Shown here: in pieces, positions 10,892-20,725 of the stretch
Layout: every line of letters begins with the position of its first letter
How positions within the stretch are numbered: the first letter of the stretch is position 1
NCBI GenBank assembly: GCA_963736115.1
Contig: CAVTNR010000005.1
Coordinates: 1 to 64,000 of the forward strand
Source: an uncultured bacterium
GTDB lineage: Bacteria; Zhuqueibacterota; QNDG01; DTFT01
DNA length: 64,000 nucleotides
Direction: 5' to 3'
The notes under the pieces: generated by a model
What the model was told of the DNA's origin: nothing
Databases searched by the model: none
The model's input: the letters and a program-made list of their open reading frames with translations, nothing else
Made by a program: the position numbers and the translations under genes

Positions 10892-11932
10892 TCAACGGCC
10901 GGCCCCGATAACCCGGACAGCCGCGCCGTCGGTGCAATACGCGGCCCCTTCGGTGATCACGGCCGTGACCGTGTCCAGGCCGGAGGTGATCGCGGCGGAA
11001 TCGTCCGTGAAGAATGCGATCCGGACGGCGATGCGGCGGGCCGTGGAATCAGGCGACACGGCATACACGGCGGCCTCCCCGCCGTCCGCCTCGGCGAGCG
11101 CTTCCACGGGCACGACCCGGTATTCTCGGATCCGCGAGGGGAACACGTCCGCGTCGGCCATGAGCCCGTCGATGAAAGCGTGTGTCCCGCGCCGCACGGA
11201 CAGGGCCGCCTCGAACACGCCGCTCATGGGATCCGGCGCTCCGGCCACTCGTTTTACCCGGCCGGAAAACCGGACGCCCGGGAAGGCATCGAATGTCACG
11301 GACGCGGAATCGCCTTCCGAAACGCGGACCGCGTCCCGATCCGAGAGCCCGATTTTCACCAGCCACTCGGATCCGGCCGTTCCGAACAGAAAAACCGGGT
11401 ACCCGGGGCCGATCAGCTCATGCGGCTCCGCGAGCCGCTTCAGCACGACCCCGTCCGAGGGCGCGGTCACGGTCGAATGCGCCAGGTTGTACTCCGCGAT
11501 TCTCATGTTCGCGTCCGCCACGTTCAGGCCGGTTTCCGCGTCCTGGACCTGCTCCAGCGTGGCCACGCTGTCGCGGAACAGGCTGTTTGCGCGCTCGAAA
11601 TCGCGTGACGCCTTTTCGAAACCCTGCCTCGCCTGGTCGGCCACGGCCCGGATCTCGTCGAGCTGAAGCGAGGCGAGCGTCTGGCCCGCTCTGACCCGGT
11701 CGCCTTCATGGACGTCGATTCGGCCGATGACGCCCCCGGTTTTGAATCCGAGCCGGATCTCGGCCTGGGAGGACAGAAAGCCGCTGGTCCGCACCGGCTC
11801 TCCAAGCCGCCGGACAGACACCGGCGAGAGCCGGACCGGCACGGCCTGCCGCTCTTCGGGACCCGGCTCGCGTTTGGCGCATCCGGAGGCGAACAGGAGG
11901 AGAATGAGAACGGAAATGATCGAGCGACGCAT
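10892..11932 (-). CDS. RND efflux periplasmic adaptor (MFP) lipoprotein
   Basis: Lipobox LFASGC; VHEGDRVRAGQTLA lipoyl half-motif; TAPSDGVV. Confidence 0.92.
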   Translation of the reverse strand: MRRSIISVLILLLFASGCAKREPGPEERQAVPVRLSPVSVRRLGEPVRTSGFLSSQAEIRLGFKTGGVIGRIDVHEGDRVRAGQTLASLQLDEIRAVADQARQGFEKASRDFERANSLFRDSVATLEQVQDAETGLNVADANMRIAEYNLAHSTVTAPSDGVVLKRLAEPHELIGPGYPVFLFGTAGSEWLVKIGLSDRDAVRVSEGDSASVTFDAFPGVRFSGRVKRVAGAPDPMSGVFEAALSVRRGTHAFIDGLMADADVFPSRIREYRVVPVEALAEADGGEAAVYAVSPDSTARRIAVRIAFFTDDSAAITSGLDTVTAVITEGAAYCTDGAAVRVIGAGR

Positions 11933-11954
11933 GGGATTCTCCTGTGTGATGGTA

Positions 11955-12827
11955 TTAAACGGCCGGAGTCCAGGACACCACGTACAGACCGGCTTCCGGA
12001 GCGGAAGGCGCAGGCCCGGGGTTGCGACGCCACCGGCCATTCAGGCCCGAGGCTTCGGCCGCCAGACCGAAATGACAGGCCGCAATGCCCATGTCCACAC
12101 GCTGAAGGTTGATCAGCCCCAGCCATTTCATCTGGCGCTGATAGGCGGTGTTCATCCGCAGGAAAAAGTGGAAGGATCCGTCGCGGGCGTCCCGGACGAT
12201 CCGCCAGGGCTGGCGGTTCGAAGCGGACGGCGCGAGCCGGACCGATTCCAGTGCCGCGGCCGCTTTTCCGGCTTGAGCGGCGGTCAGGGGACGGTTGAAA
12301 TCTCCGTCGAAGAACAGGGCTTCGAAGGGAAGCCTGCCCACGGAACCGGCTCCGGCCGTCAGGACGCGTTCGATCAGACGTTTTTTGCCGGACGGGACTC
12401 CGAAGGAAAGTACGGAAGGAACGATCTCCCCTTCCTGCAAGCCGATCCGGTCCGCAAAACGGCTTTTACGGAAGGAGCCGCCGAGCCAGCAGGATCCCAG
12501 CCCGAGATCCGAGAGCTTCAGGCAGGCCGCCTCCATCAGGAAACCGAAATCGAACAAACCGTCATCCGACGTTTGAACTGCCGCGATCACGAAACCGGCC
12601 GGGTTCCCGATAATTCCGTACGTGCCGAGACCCTTGAGGCTGTCCGTATCGACTGCATCCGCGGACACGGGCAGGAAACGGACCGCGGATCCTAAAGGCG
12701 GCTCCGGTAAAGACCGGAGGAAAGATTCCAGGGCCTGCCGGCTTTCCTGCGGAATCGGTTCCTTCTCGTACGTGCGGACGGATTTGCGCGTGCGGATCAG
12801 GTCGATGACGGGGTTTGAGTACAGCAT
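11955..12827 (-). CDS. Nitroreductase family protein
   Basis: RKSVRTY, GLGSCWLGG, LAPSASNRQPW, DMGIA. Confidence 0.9.
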   Translation of the reverse strand: MLYSNPVIDLIRTRKSVRTYEKEPIPQESRQALESFLRSLPEPPLGSAVRFLPVSADAVDTDSLKGLGTYGIIGNPAGFVIAAVQTSDDGLFDFGFLMEAACLKLSDLGLGSCWLGGSFRKSRFADRIGLQEGEIVPSVLSFGVPSGKKRLIERVLTAGAGSVGRLPFEALFFDGDFNRPLTAAQAGKAAAALESVRLAPSASNRQPWRIVRDARDGSFHFFLRMNTAYQRQMKWLGLINLQRVDMGIAACHFGLAAEASGLNGRWRRNPGPAPSAPEAGLYVVSWTPAV

Positions 12828-12845
12828 GGTCCTCCAAGGATTTAG

Positions 12846-12954
12846 TAGTTCATGGTTCATAGTTCATGGTTCATAGTTAATGGAGAGATAATCAATTCCA
12901 ACAATCACCCATTCATTTTCAACTATGAACTATGAACCCATGAACTATGAACTT
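12846..12954. repeat. Inverted heptamer arrays (TRGTTCA)x5 ... (TGAACYA)x5
   Basis: Read directly between the tolC stop and the nitroreductase start. Confidence 0.9.
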
Positions 12955-14312
12955 TATTCTTCCGACGGCCCGGCCTTGCCGACCGCCGTCACCTTCTCCA
13001 GCTCCGCCGCGCGTATGTGAAGGTCGTATTCCGCGACCGCGGTTTCGACCTCCGCCTGCGTCCAGGCGTTCCGGGCGGCCAGGACTTCGATCTGGGGCGC
13101 CATGCCCTCGCGGTATCTCCGCTCCACAAGCTCGAAGGCCTTGCGGCCGGCCAGCCGCTTTTCCGCCGCGGCTTCGAGGGTCCGGCGGCCGACGGCAACG
13201 GCCGTGGCCGCGTCCCGGGCCTGGAGCCGGATCCGGTTCAGGCCGTCCTCGAGTTCGCACCGTTTTTCCGCTGCATCGAGTTTCGCCTGATCGACACGGC
13301 GCCTGTCCTGAAATCCGTTGAACAGGTTCCAGCTCACCGCCAGGGAGGCTGTCCAGAAATCATGCTCATTGTCGAAACGGTAAATCTCGTCCCAGTACCC
13401 CCAGTCGAAAACAGCCGCGACTCCGGGCAGAAAAGAGGTCCGGCTGAGCGAGGTCTTGTGCCCCATCAAATCCACGGCCCGCTCCAACTGTTTCAGTTCC
13501 TCGCGGTTCGCAACGGCCAGTGATTCCGCCTCCGCCGGATCCGGGGTCAACACGGGAAGCGGAATCGGGCCCGCGGGTTTTTCAATCGATGCGTCCAGCG
13601 GCCGGTTCAGAAGGCAGTTGAAATACGAGACGGCCATGGACCGGTTTTTCTCCGCCTCGGCCGCGGCCCGCCGGATCTCCGCCATGTCCGCGCTTGCGCG
13701 GAGCACATCGGCGCGGGTCACCTTGTCGTGTCGAAACAGGCTCTCGGCGACGCGGCTGTGCTCCCGGACCAGTCCCTCGGTCACGGTCAGCAGGGAACAC
13801 ACGGCGTCCGCCTTCAGATAATTGTAATAAGCCGCGCGGATCTCCGACACCAGACCCCGTCCGTGAACGGAAACCGAAAGTTTCCCGATGTCCCGGAGCG
13901 CGGAGTGGATTCTGTAGTTGTATACGATCGCCGGCTGCAAGACGGGCTGGACCACGCGAACCTTGGTCTCCTGCTCCCGCTCCCGGAGAAACGGGATCGT
14001 CTGGTTGGGCAAAGTGATCGGGACTTGCAGTGCCTGATAAACCGGATTCATCAGGTCGCCGATGGGCAGGTCGATGACGCGGCCGCCCCCTGCGGCCGTG
14101 TACCGGGCCTCGGCGCTCACGGACGGCAGGAACAGGCCGGCCGCTTCATGCAGAGCGGACGCGCTCTTTTCGCCGGCGAACCGTTTCTGACGGAGGGCCG
14201 GGTTGTCCCGGAGTCCCTGTTCGATGTACCGGTTCAGCGGGTCCCCCTCGGACTGGGCCAGGAGGGAAATTCCTCCGAACGCGCACAACGCAATGATGAT
14301 TCTCGGTTTCAT
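12954..14312 (-). CDS. TolC family outer-membrane efflux protein
   Basis: Signal peptide; helical OEP repeats; VSWNLFNGF; RYREG...EVLAA. Confidence 0.9.
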   Translation of the reverse strand: MKPRIIIALCAFGGISLLAQSEGDPLNRYIEQGLRDNPALRQKRFAGEKSASALHEAAGLFLPSVSAEARYTAAGGGRVIDLPIGDLMNPVYQALQVPITLPNQTIPFLREREQETKVRVVQPVLQPAIVYNYRIHSALRDIGKLSVSVHGRGLVSEIRAAYYNYLKADAVCSLLTVTEGLVREHSRVAESLFRHDKVTRADVLRASADMAEIRRAAAEAEKNRSMAVSYFNCLLNRPLDASIEKPAGPIPLPVLTPDPAEAESLAVANREELKQLERAVDLMGHKTSLSRTSFLPGVAAVFDWGYWDEIYRFDNEHDFWTASLAVSWNLFNGFQDRRRVDQAKLDAAEKRCELEDGLNRIRLQARDAATAVAVGRRTLEAAAEKRLAGRKAFELVERRYREGMAPQIEVLAARNAWTQAEVETAVAEYDLHIRAAELEKVTAVGKAGPSEE

Positions 14313-14337
14313 TCAGTCTCCGTATGTCCGGATTTTG

Positions 14338-14988
14338 TCAGGCCGAAGCCTTCTTGTTTTCGAGGAAACAACGGGTGAACCGGAAATAATCGTCCGTGAT
14401 GGTGGCGAGATCGATCCCATGCCGCTTCTGAAGGTGATCGCCTTTCAGGCTCAGGACCTGGATGACCCCGGCCGCCTGGCCCCAGAGAATCACGGCGGCG
14501 GTGCCGGGATTGATTTGCGGATTGATGGAACCATCCCCGATTCCCTCCTTCAGCGCCCGCATCAGGAGATCGAGACATTCCATGCCCTCATGATCGCACA
14601 TCGATACAACCGATTCGGTCCCGCCGAAATCAACCTCCTTGATCTCGTAGTAGCCGAGGGCGTTGAAATAATCCGGATACTCCTTCGAGAAGCGGAAAAA
14701 CGACTGTCCCATAAAAAACACTTTCTCCAGCCCGTTCCTCCCCTCTTGCATGGCTTTCTGAAACATCTCGGTCAGGATTTTAAGGCCGCGAAGGGTGATG
14801 GCATAGTACAGCTCTTCTTTTGTCTTGAAATAGAGATAAATCGTGCCTTTGCTCAGCTCCGCCGCCTCCGCCACGTCGTCAATGGTGGCTGTCCAGTAAC
14901 CCTTTGAAGAATATACCTTTTCAGCGGCATCAATTATTGCGTTCCGCCTGAGTTCCTTTTCTCTTTCCTTACGTTCCGGGATTCCCAT
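14338..14988 (-). CDS. TetR/AcrR family transcriptional regulator
   Basis: N-terminal HTH ATIDDVAEAAELSKGTIYLYFKTKEEL. Confidence 0.93.
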   Translation of the reverse strand: MGIPERKEREKELRRNAIIDAAEKVYSSKGYWTATIDDVAEAAELSKGTIYLYFKTKEELYYAITLRGLKILTEMFQKAMQEGRNGLEKVFFMGQSFFRFSKEYPDYFNALGYYEIKEVDFGGTESVVSMCDHEGMECLDLLMRALKEGIGDGSINPQINPGTAAVILWGQAAGVIQVLSLKGDHLQKRHGIDLATITDDYFRFTRCFLENKKASA

Positions 14989-15005
14989 TATGCTGGTCCT
15001 TATTT

Positions 15006-15022
15006 AATGACCATCAGTCAGT
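15006..15022. promoter_or_regulatory. Candidate TetR operator
   Basis: Palindrome TGAC-catca-GTCA just upstream of the tetR start. Confidence 0.45.
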
Positions 15023-15067
15023 TTTTACGTAGCAATATATCAAATTGTTTCATGAATAACAACAAAA

Positions 15068-15098
15068 AAGTTCCGGGTTCCGAGTTCCGGATTCCGAG
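15068..15098. repeat. Heptamer array, GC-rich variant (AAGTTCC GGGTTCC GAGTTCC GGATTCC)
   Basis: Read directly; same NNGTTCN core as the other arrays. Confidence 0.8.
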
Positions 15099-15187
15099 CC
15101 CCTCATACGACCGGAAAAAAAACTTGATTCTTACCTGTATACTCTTTAGTTTAAACTTTTCAGTCCGGATAGAAAGGAAATAGAACC

Positions 15188-16432
15188 ATGACCGTTCGAA
15201 TCCCTGAACCGCGCCAAATCCGTTCTTATCCCATCCTCCTGACCGCGTGCCTGCTGATTCTGTCGCTGTCTCCGGCCTGCGGCCAATCGGACCCGGCTGA
15301 AATCCACACCCGGATATTCACCATCGATTCGCATCTGGACACGCCCATGCGCGTATTCCGCATTCCATCCGATCTGTCGGTCCGCCATGCCCCGCCTGCC
15401 GCGGACGCCGGGGACCTGGATTTCCCCCGCATGCGCCAGGGCGGACTGGACGCGGCCTTTTTCGCCGTGTATGTCCAGCAGGGAGAACTCACGGACGCAG
15501 GCCGCTCCGGAGCGAAGCGGACCGTTTCGGATATGTTGTCCATGATGGAAGGCTGGAAAACCCGCTACGCCGCGGACATGGCGTTCGCCTTTTCTCCGGA
15601 AGATGTCCGGCGCATCGTCCGGACCGGACTGCGGGCCGTCTGCATCGGCCTGGAAAACGGCTATCCGATCGGCACGGACTCGACTGCGGTTGCGGCATTC
15701 CACGCCAGAGGCATCCGGTATATCACCCTGTGCCATTCGCGGAACAATGATATCTGCGACTCCTCCACCGACCCGGCCGGCCCGAAGTGGAACGGGTTGA
15801 GCCTGTTCGGAGAATCCGCGGTCCGGGAGATGAACCGGCTCGGCATGCTCGTCGATGTGTCTCATGCGTCCGATTCCGCCTTCTATGATGTGCTCCGCAT
15901 TTCACGGGCCCCGGTGGTCGCCTCGCACTCCTGCTGCCGGGCACTGATGGATAATCCCCGGAATCTCACGGACGACATGCTCCGGGCCCTGGCCGCACAA
16001 GGCGGCGTTGCGCAGATCAATCTCTGCTCGTTCTACCTGATCCGGACGGAAGCGCCGTCCGGCCGCGGAGCCGCGATGGACTCGCTGAAACGGATTTACG
16101 GCGAATGGGACCGCGTTCCCGCGGTAAAAAGGACCGAATACGAAGAGGCGCGGGCCGCGGTGGACCGCCGATTCCCCATGCCGAAGGCGTCCGTGGCCGA
16201 CCTTGCGGACCACATCGACCACGCGGTCCAAATCGCGGGGATCAGGCATGTCGGCATCGGATCGGATTTCGACGGCGGCGCCGGCCTCTCGGATTGCCCG
16301 GATGTCAGCGGATTCCCGGCGGTCACGGCCGAGCTCATCCGCCGCGGCTACGCGGAAAAGGACATCGCCGCGATATGGGGCGGCAATTTCATGCGGGCGT
16401 GGGAAGAGACAGTGAGGGCGGCTGGGAAATAA
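15188..16432 (+). CDS. Membrane dipeptidase (peptidase M19)
   Basis: IDSHLDT, GLENG, DVSHAS, ASHS, HVGIGSDFDG, GGNFMR. Confidence 0.93.
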   Translation: MTVRIPEPRQIRSYPILLTACLLILSLSPACGQSDPAEIHTRIFTIDSHLDTPMRVFRIPSDLSVRHAPPAADAGDLDFPRMRQGGLDAAFFAVYVQQGELTDAGRSGAKRTVSDMLSMMEGWKTRYAADMAFAFSPEDVRRIVRTGLRAVCIGLENGYPIGTDSTAVAAFHARGIRYITLCHSRNNDICDSSTDPAGPKWNGLSLFGESAVREMNRLGMLVDVSHASDSAFYDVLRISRAPVVASHSCCRALMDNPRNLTDDMLRALAAQGGVAQINLCSFYLIRTEAPSGRGAAMDSLKRIYGEWDRVPAVKRTEYEEARAAVDRRFPMPKASVADLADHIDHAVQIAGIRHVGIGSDFDGGAGLSDCPDVSGFPAVTAELIRRGYAEKDIAAIWGGNFMRAWEETVRAAGK

Positions 16433-16439
16433 GTGAAAG

Positions 16440-16575
16440 AAGTTCCGGGTTTCGAGGAACTCTTGACTTCAATACATAATGTCCGATAGCCTCGCTGAGA
16501 AGCTTGCCCCGGACTTGATCCGGGGATGCTCGGCATATCGGACCTACAACCCGGAACTCGGAACCCGGAACTCGA
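16440..16575. repeat. Heptamer arms enclosing a GTAG-type REP-like element (16480-16550) with a nested CCCCGGA-CTTGA-TCCGGGG hairpin
   Basis: About 70 nt nearly identical to 47731-47800; outer palindrome GTCCGATA/TATCGGAC; minus strand begins GTAGGTCCGATA. Confidence 0.85.
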
Positions 16576-16586
16576 GAAAACACTGA

Positions 16587-17258
16587 ATGTCCGTGATCAC
16601 CCAAAACGTCCACAGGCTCCTGAACGAGCTCCCGAAAACCGTGGCCCTCATGGCCGTGATCAAGACACGCACGGCTGAGGAGGTCCGCGAGGCCGTGGAT
16701 GCGGGTATCCGCCTGCTCGGCGGTAATTACGTGCAGGAAACGGCCGCGCTCCTCGAAACCCTTGGAAAACCGGTTCCCTGTCATCTCATCGGCCACCTGC
16801 AGACCAACAAGGCAAAGAAGGCCGTCGGACTTTTCGACATGATCGAAACCGTGGATTCCATAAACCTGGCCCGAGAAATCGACAGGCGTACGGCGGAATC
16901 CGGACGCGGGCCGATTCCCGTGCTCATCGAGATCAACAGCGGACGGGAGCCGGGTAAAACCGGGATTTTCCCTGAGGAGGCGGATGCGCTCGCGGAGGGC
17001 ATATTGTCCCTCCCGAACCTCCGGCTGGCCGGGCTCATGACCATGGGATCTTTTGAATCCGATCCGGAAGATTCACGGCGGTATTTCCGCGAAACACGGC
17101 GGGTTTTCGAGCGCCTGGCGCCGTCCTTTTCCAGCCGGGCCGGCGGATCCGGAATGACCGTGCTTTCAATGGGCATGAGTCATTCCTACAAGGTTGCAGT
17201 CGAAGAGGGCGCGACTGAAATCCGCATCGGAACAATGCTCTTCGGGCCGAGGGAATAG
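16587..17258 (+). CDS. yggS: YggS family PLP homeostasis protein
   Basis: AVIKTR, NYVQE, HLIGHLQTNK, GLMTM, LSMGMS, RIGTMLFG. Confidence 0.95.
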   Translation: MSVITQNVHRLLNELPKTVALMAVIKTRTAEEVREAVDAGIRLLGGNYVQETAALLETLGKPVPCHLIGHLQTNKAKKAVGLFDMIETVDSINLAREIDRRTAESGRGPIPVLIEINSGREPGKTGIFPEEADALAEGILSLPNLRLAGLMTMGSFESDPEDSRRYFRETRRVFERLAPSFSSRAGGSGMTVLSMGMSHSYKVAVEEGATEIRIGTMLFGPRE

Positions 17259-17300
17259 ACCTCCGCGCTGTCAGGATCCGCGGCAACTGCGACGGGATGG

Positions 17301-17363
17301 AACTTCCCGCGGGTTTGTAAAATCCCGCGGGAGGTTTGATATTAACCCGGAACCCGGAACTTT
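17301..17363. repeat. Hairpin CTTCCCGCGGG...CCCGCGGGAGG plus heptamer arm (TAACCC GGAACCC GGAACTT)
   Basis: Hairpin resembles 2771-2808; heptamers read directly. Confidence 0.7.
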
Positions 17364-17471
17364 TATTCCACCCTGCCCAATCCCTGTCCCAATTCTTTTT
17401 TATTGCATTTTTTCTACAAAAACGTTATCTTTTGACCCTCAATTCCGTATTTACCGCTTTTTGAGGCATTT

Positions 17472-20400
17472 ATGCGCAAATGGCTGTCGGTCGGTCTGAC
17501 TCTTGGCATTCTCGCCGCATCCCATGCGGGCAACCGTTGGATGCGGAATCCGGACATCCACGACGGCCGAATCGTTTTCACATGCGAAGGCGACCTGTGG
17601 ACGGTTCCGGCCACAGGCGGAACCGCCCGCCGTCTTACGTCCCACCCGGGAACGGAAAACCTCGCCCGTTTCTCCCCGGACGGAGAGTGGATCGCATTCA
17701 CCGCTTCTTATGACGGAGGCGTGGATGTGTACGTCATGCCTTCCGCGGGCGGGGAGCCGCGCCGGCTGACCTTTCACCCCGCGAACGACAACGTGATCGA
17801 CTGGACTCCGGACGGACGCTTCGTTCTGTTCTCCTCCGAACGGGCCTTGAACCGCGAAGTCTGGCGCGTTCCCGCGGCAGGAGGGCCGCAGACGCCGGAG
17901 CGCATCGACCGCATCCGCCACGCGTCTTTCGCGCCGGATGGCCGGCGCCTGGTGTTCACGCGCTCGGACGCGGACCGGATGCACTGGCGGGGTTACAAGG
18001 GCGGAGCCCAGCCCGACGTGTGGCTGGCGGATCTCGGCTCCGGAACCTTCGAGCGGCTCACCGACTACCGCGGGTTCGACATCCGGCCCATGTGGCACGG
18101 GGAATCCGTTTACTTCCTGTCCGACCGGCACGGCCGCATGAACCTGTACGCCATGACGCTGAAGGAAAGGAGAGCGGTCCGCAGGACGGATCATTCGGAT
18201 TTCGACGCGGCGGACGCGTCCATCGGCGGCGACACCGTGGTCTACGTCTGCGGCGGATCCCTGAGGATTTACGACATCCCGTCCGGACAGGACCGGGCGG
18301 TCAGCGCGGACATTCCGTCCGACCGATGGCTCACGCGCGAGACCTGGATCGATCCGTCGGACGACGTGCTGGCCGTCGCGCTTTCGAATGACGGAAGCGC
18401 GGCCGCGGTTCAGGCGCGCGGAGACGCGTATTGGATAGGCCCGGACGGCGTACGGAACCTCACCGGCACTCCCGACTCGAACGAGCTCCTGCCCGCGCTC
18501 TCGCCGGACGGGAAATGGGTTGCGTTCTTTTCGGACAGAACCGGCGCGTACGAACTCTGCGTCACAACGCCGGACGGCGCCGGACAATGGAAGCAGATGT
18601 CATCCGGTTTCGACGGCTGGCCCTACCGGCCGCTCTGGTCCCCGGATTCCAAAAAAATCGTATTCGGCGACCACCGGTACGGCCTCTGGGTGGCGGACCT
18701 GGAAGCCGGCGCCTGCGTCCGGGTGGACCGGACCCGGTTTCAGAAGGACAATGAAATCATCTGGGAAACGGCCGAATACGACTGGTCCCCGGATTCGAAG
18801 TGGATCGCGTATTCCAAGTGCGAAGCCAACATGAACTCCTCCATCTTCCTGTACGACGTGGAGGCGCGCCGCATCGTGAGGGTCACGGACGACCGGTACG
18901 ACGACACCTGGCCCGCGTTTGACCGGAACGGGGAATTTCTCTATTTTCTTTCCCTGAGGAACTTCGACCCCATGCTCGACCCGTTCATGGACAATCACAT
19001 CAACGGGTCCATGTCCGTGGTCCTGGCGGCCGTGTTGCGTTCGGACGGCCGTTCCCCCTTCGAGCAGGAGGAGGACGGCGCGGATCCGGAGGCTGCGGCA
19101 AAGCCGTTCCGCATCGATCCGGAGGGACTCGGGGACAGGCTTGTCGCGGCTCCGGTCCCGGCCGGAACTTACACGCGGCTCCAGGCGTTGAAAGACGGAT
19201 TCTGCCTCCTGTCCAAGGACGTTTACGGCTTCCCCGGATGGGACCAGTTTCTCCGGCCGTCGCGCACCACGGACTGGACCCTGCTGAAATTCACCCGCGC
19301 TTCGCGGCGGTTCACTGAAATTCTCACGAACATCGGAAGCTACAGCCTGAGCGGAGACGGATCGAAAGCCGCGTACCTGTCGGGCTTCACGGTCGGGTCG
19401 GTCGGGACGGACGGCGAAAGCCTGCCGGGCGACGGCGCGTTCGACTGGCGCGGCACCCGGCAGAAAATCGATCCCCGCCGGGAATACGGGCAGATTCTCC
19501 GCACGGTCTGGAACCAGATACGGCTGTTCTTCTATGACCCCGACCTGCACGGCGTGAACTGGCGGGCCGTGCTGCAAAAATACGAGGCGATGATCCCCTG
19601 GGTCGCGGACCGGTCGGAACTGAACGACCTCATCGGCGGCATGATCGGCGAGCTCGGCGTTTCGCATGAATACGTGCTGGACCGTGGAGACGAGTCGCGC
19701 ATTCCCAGGGACCGGACGGTCGGCGTGGGGCTTCTCGGCTGTGATTTTGAGCCCGACCCGGCCTCGGGCCGCGTCCGCATCAGCCGCATCGTCTCCGGAC
19801 GCGCCTGGGACGCGGCCCTGCGGAGCCCCCTCGCATCCGCGGGCACGGATGTCCGGCCCGGGGACTTTCTACTGGCCGTCGACGGCTCTCCGGTTGCGGC
19901 CGGTGAGGACGTCTATGCGCATTTCACGGGAAAGGCCGGGAAACAGGTCGTCCTGACGGTGAACAGCCGGCCGGATACGGCCGGGTGCAGGCGTGTGAAG
20001 GTGAAGACGCTCGTTTCAGAAGCGGCCCTTCGCAGAGCCGAGAGGACGGAGGCCGATTACCGGCGGGTCGCCGAGATATCGGGCGGCAAAGCCGGATACA
20101 TCCGGCTTTCGGACATGGACGAAGAGGGATTCCGGGAGTTCGAGCAGGGGTTCCGGGCCGAGCGGTACCGGGACGGTCTGATCATCGACGTCCGCGGTAA
20201 CGGCGGCGGGTTCATCGCGTGGTTCGTGCTCGACAAGCTCGAACGCCGACTCGCGTTCTACAGCCGCACTCGCGATTTCGAACCCATGCGCTACCCCCAT
20301 GCCGTTCACCCGGGCCCGCTGGTTTTTCTCTGCGACGGGAATACCGCCTCGGACGGGGAACTCTTCATCGAGCTGGTGAAGAAAGCGGAACTGGGCCCCG

Positions 20401-20687
20401 TGATCGGCGCCGACACCTGGGGCGGGCTGGTCGGCATCACCAACATGATACCGGCCGCGGACGGCGGTCTGGTGACCCAGTCCAACGTCGGCTTTCTCGA
20501 TCCGGACCGCGGCGACTGGCTGGTGGAAAACCGGGGCGCGCGGCCGGACACCTTGATTGAGAACCGTCCTGAAGACATTCTCGCGGGCCGGGACCGCCAG
20601 CTCGACAAAGCGGTCGAAACGGTCCTGGATCTGCTGAAACGGAATCCCCCGGCCGGGCCGAAGTTCCCGGAATTTCCGAAACGATAA
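17472..20687 (+). CDS. Tricorn protease homolog (peptidase S41)
   Basis: 1071 aa; WD40/PD40 SPDG repeats, PDZ-like domain, DVRGNGGG, TASDGE, TWGGLVG. Confidence 0.95.
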   Translation: MRKWLSVGLTLGILAASHAGNRWMRNPDIHDGRIVFTCEGDLWTVPATGGTARRLTSHPGTENLARFSPDGEWIAFTASYDGGVDVYVMPSAGGEPRRLTFHPANDNVIDWTPDGRFVLFSSERALNREVWRVPAAGGPQTPERIDRIRHASFAPDGRRLVFTRSDADRMHWRGYKGGAQPDVWLADLGSGTFERLTDYRGFDIRPMWHGESVYFLSDRHGRMNLYAMTLKERRAVRRTDHSDFDAADASIGGDTVVYVCGGSLRIYDIPSGQDRAVSADIPSDRWLTRETWIDPSDDVLAVALSNDGSAAAVQARGDAYWIGPDGVRNLTGTPDSNELLPALSPDGKWVAFFSDRTGAYELCVTTPDGAGQWKQMSSGFDGWPYRPLWSPDSKKIVFGDHRYGLWVADLEAGACVRVDRTRFQKDNEIIWETAEYDWSPDSKWIAYSKCEANMNSSIFLYDVEARRIVRVTDDRYDDTWPAFDRNGEFLYFLSLRNFDPMLDPFMDNHINGSMSVVLAAVLRSDGRSPFEQEEDGADPEAAAKPFRIDPEGLGDRLVAAPVPAGTYTRLQALKDGFCLLSKDVYGFPGWDQFLRPSRTTDWTLLKFTRASRRFTEILTNIGSYSLSGDGSKAAYLSGFTVGSVGTDGESLPGDGAFDWRGTRQKIDPRREYGQILRTVWNQIRLFFYDPDLHGVNWRAVLQKYEAMIPWVADRSELNDLIGGMIGELGVSHEYVLDRGDESRIPRDRTVGVGLLGCDFEPDPASGRVRISRIVSGRAWDAALRSPLASAGTDVRPGDFLLAVDGSPVAAGEDVYAHFTGKAGKQVVLTVNSRPDTAGCRRVKVKTLVSEAALRRAERTEADYRRVAEISGGKAGYIRLSDMDEEGFREFEQGFRAERYRDGLIIDVRGNGGGFIAWFVLDKLERRLAFYSRTRDFEPMRYPHAVHPGPLVFLCDGNTASDGELFIELVKKAELGPVIGADTWGGLVGITNMIPAADGGLVTQSNVGFLDPDRGDWLVENRGARPDTLIENRPEDILAGRDRQLDKAVETVLDLLKRNPPAGPKFPEFPKR

Positions 20688-20725
20688 CCGTGCGATAGAC
20701 CCAACCGCAATCAGAAAGGCGCCCG

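Noticed and set aside
8419-10911. Long plus-strand ORFs opposite the RND permease (similarly 56506-58299, 38758-40086, 61973-63091)
   Set aside because: Antisense shadows of real genes in GC-rich DNA, with no recognisable motifs.
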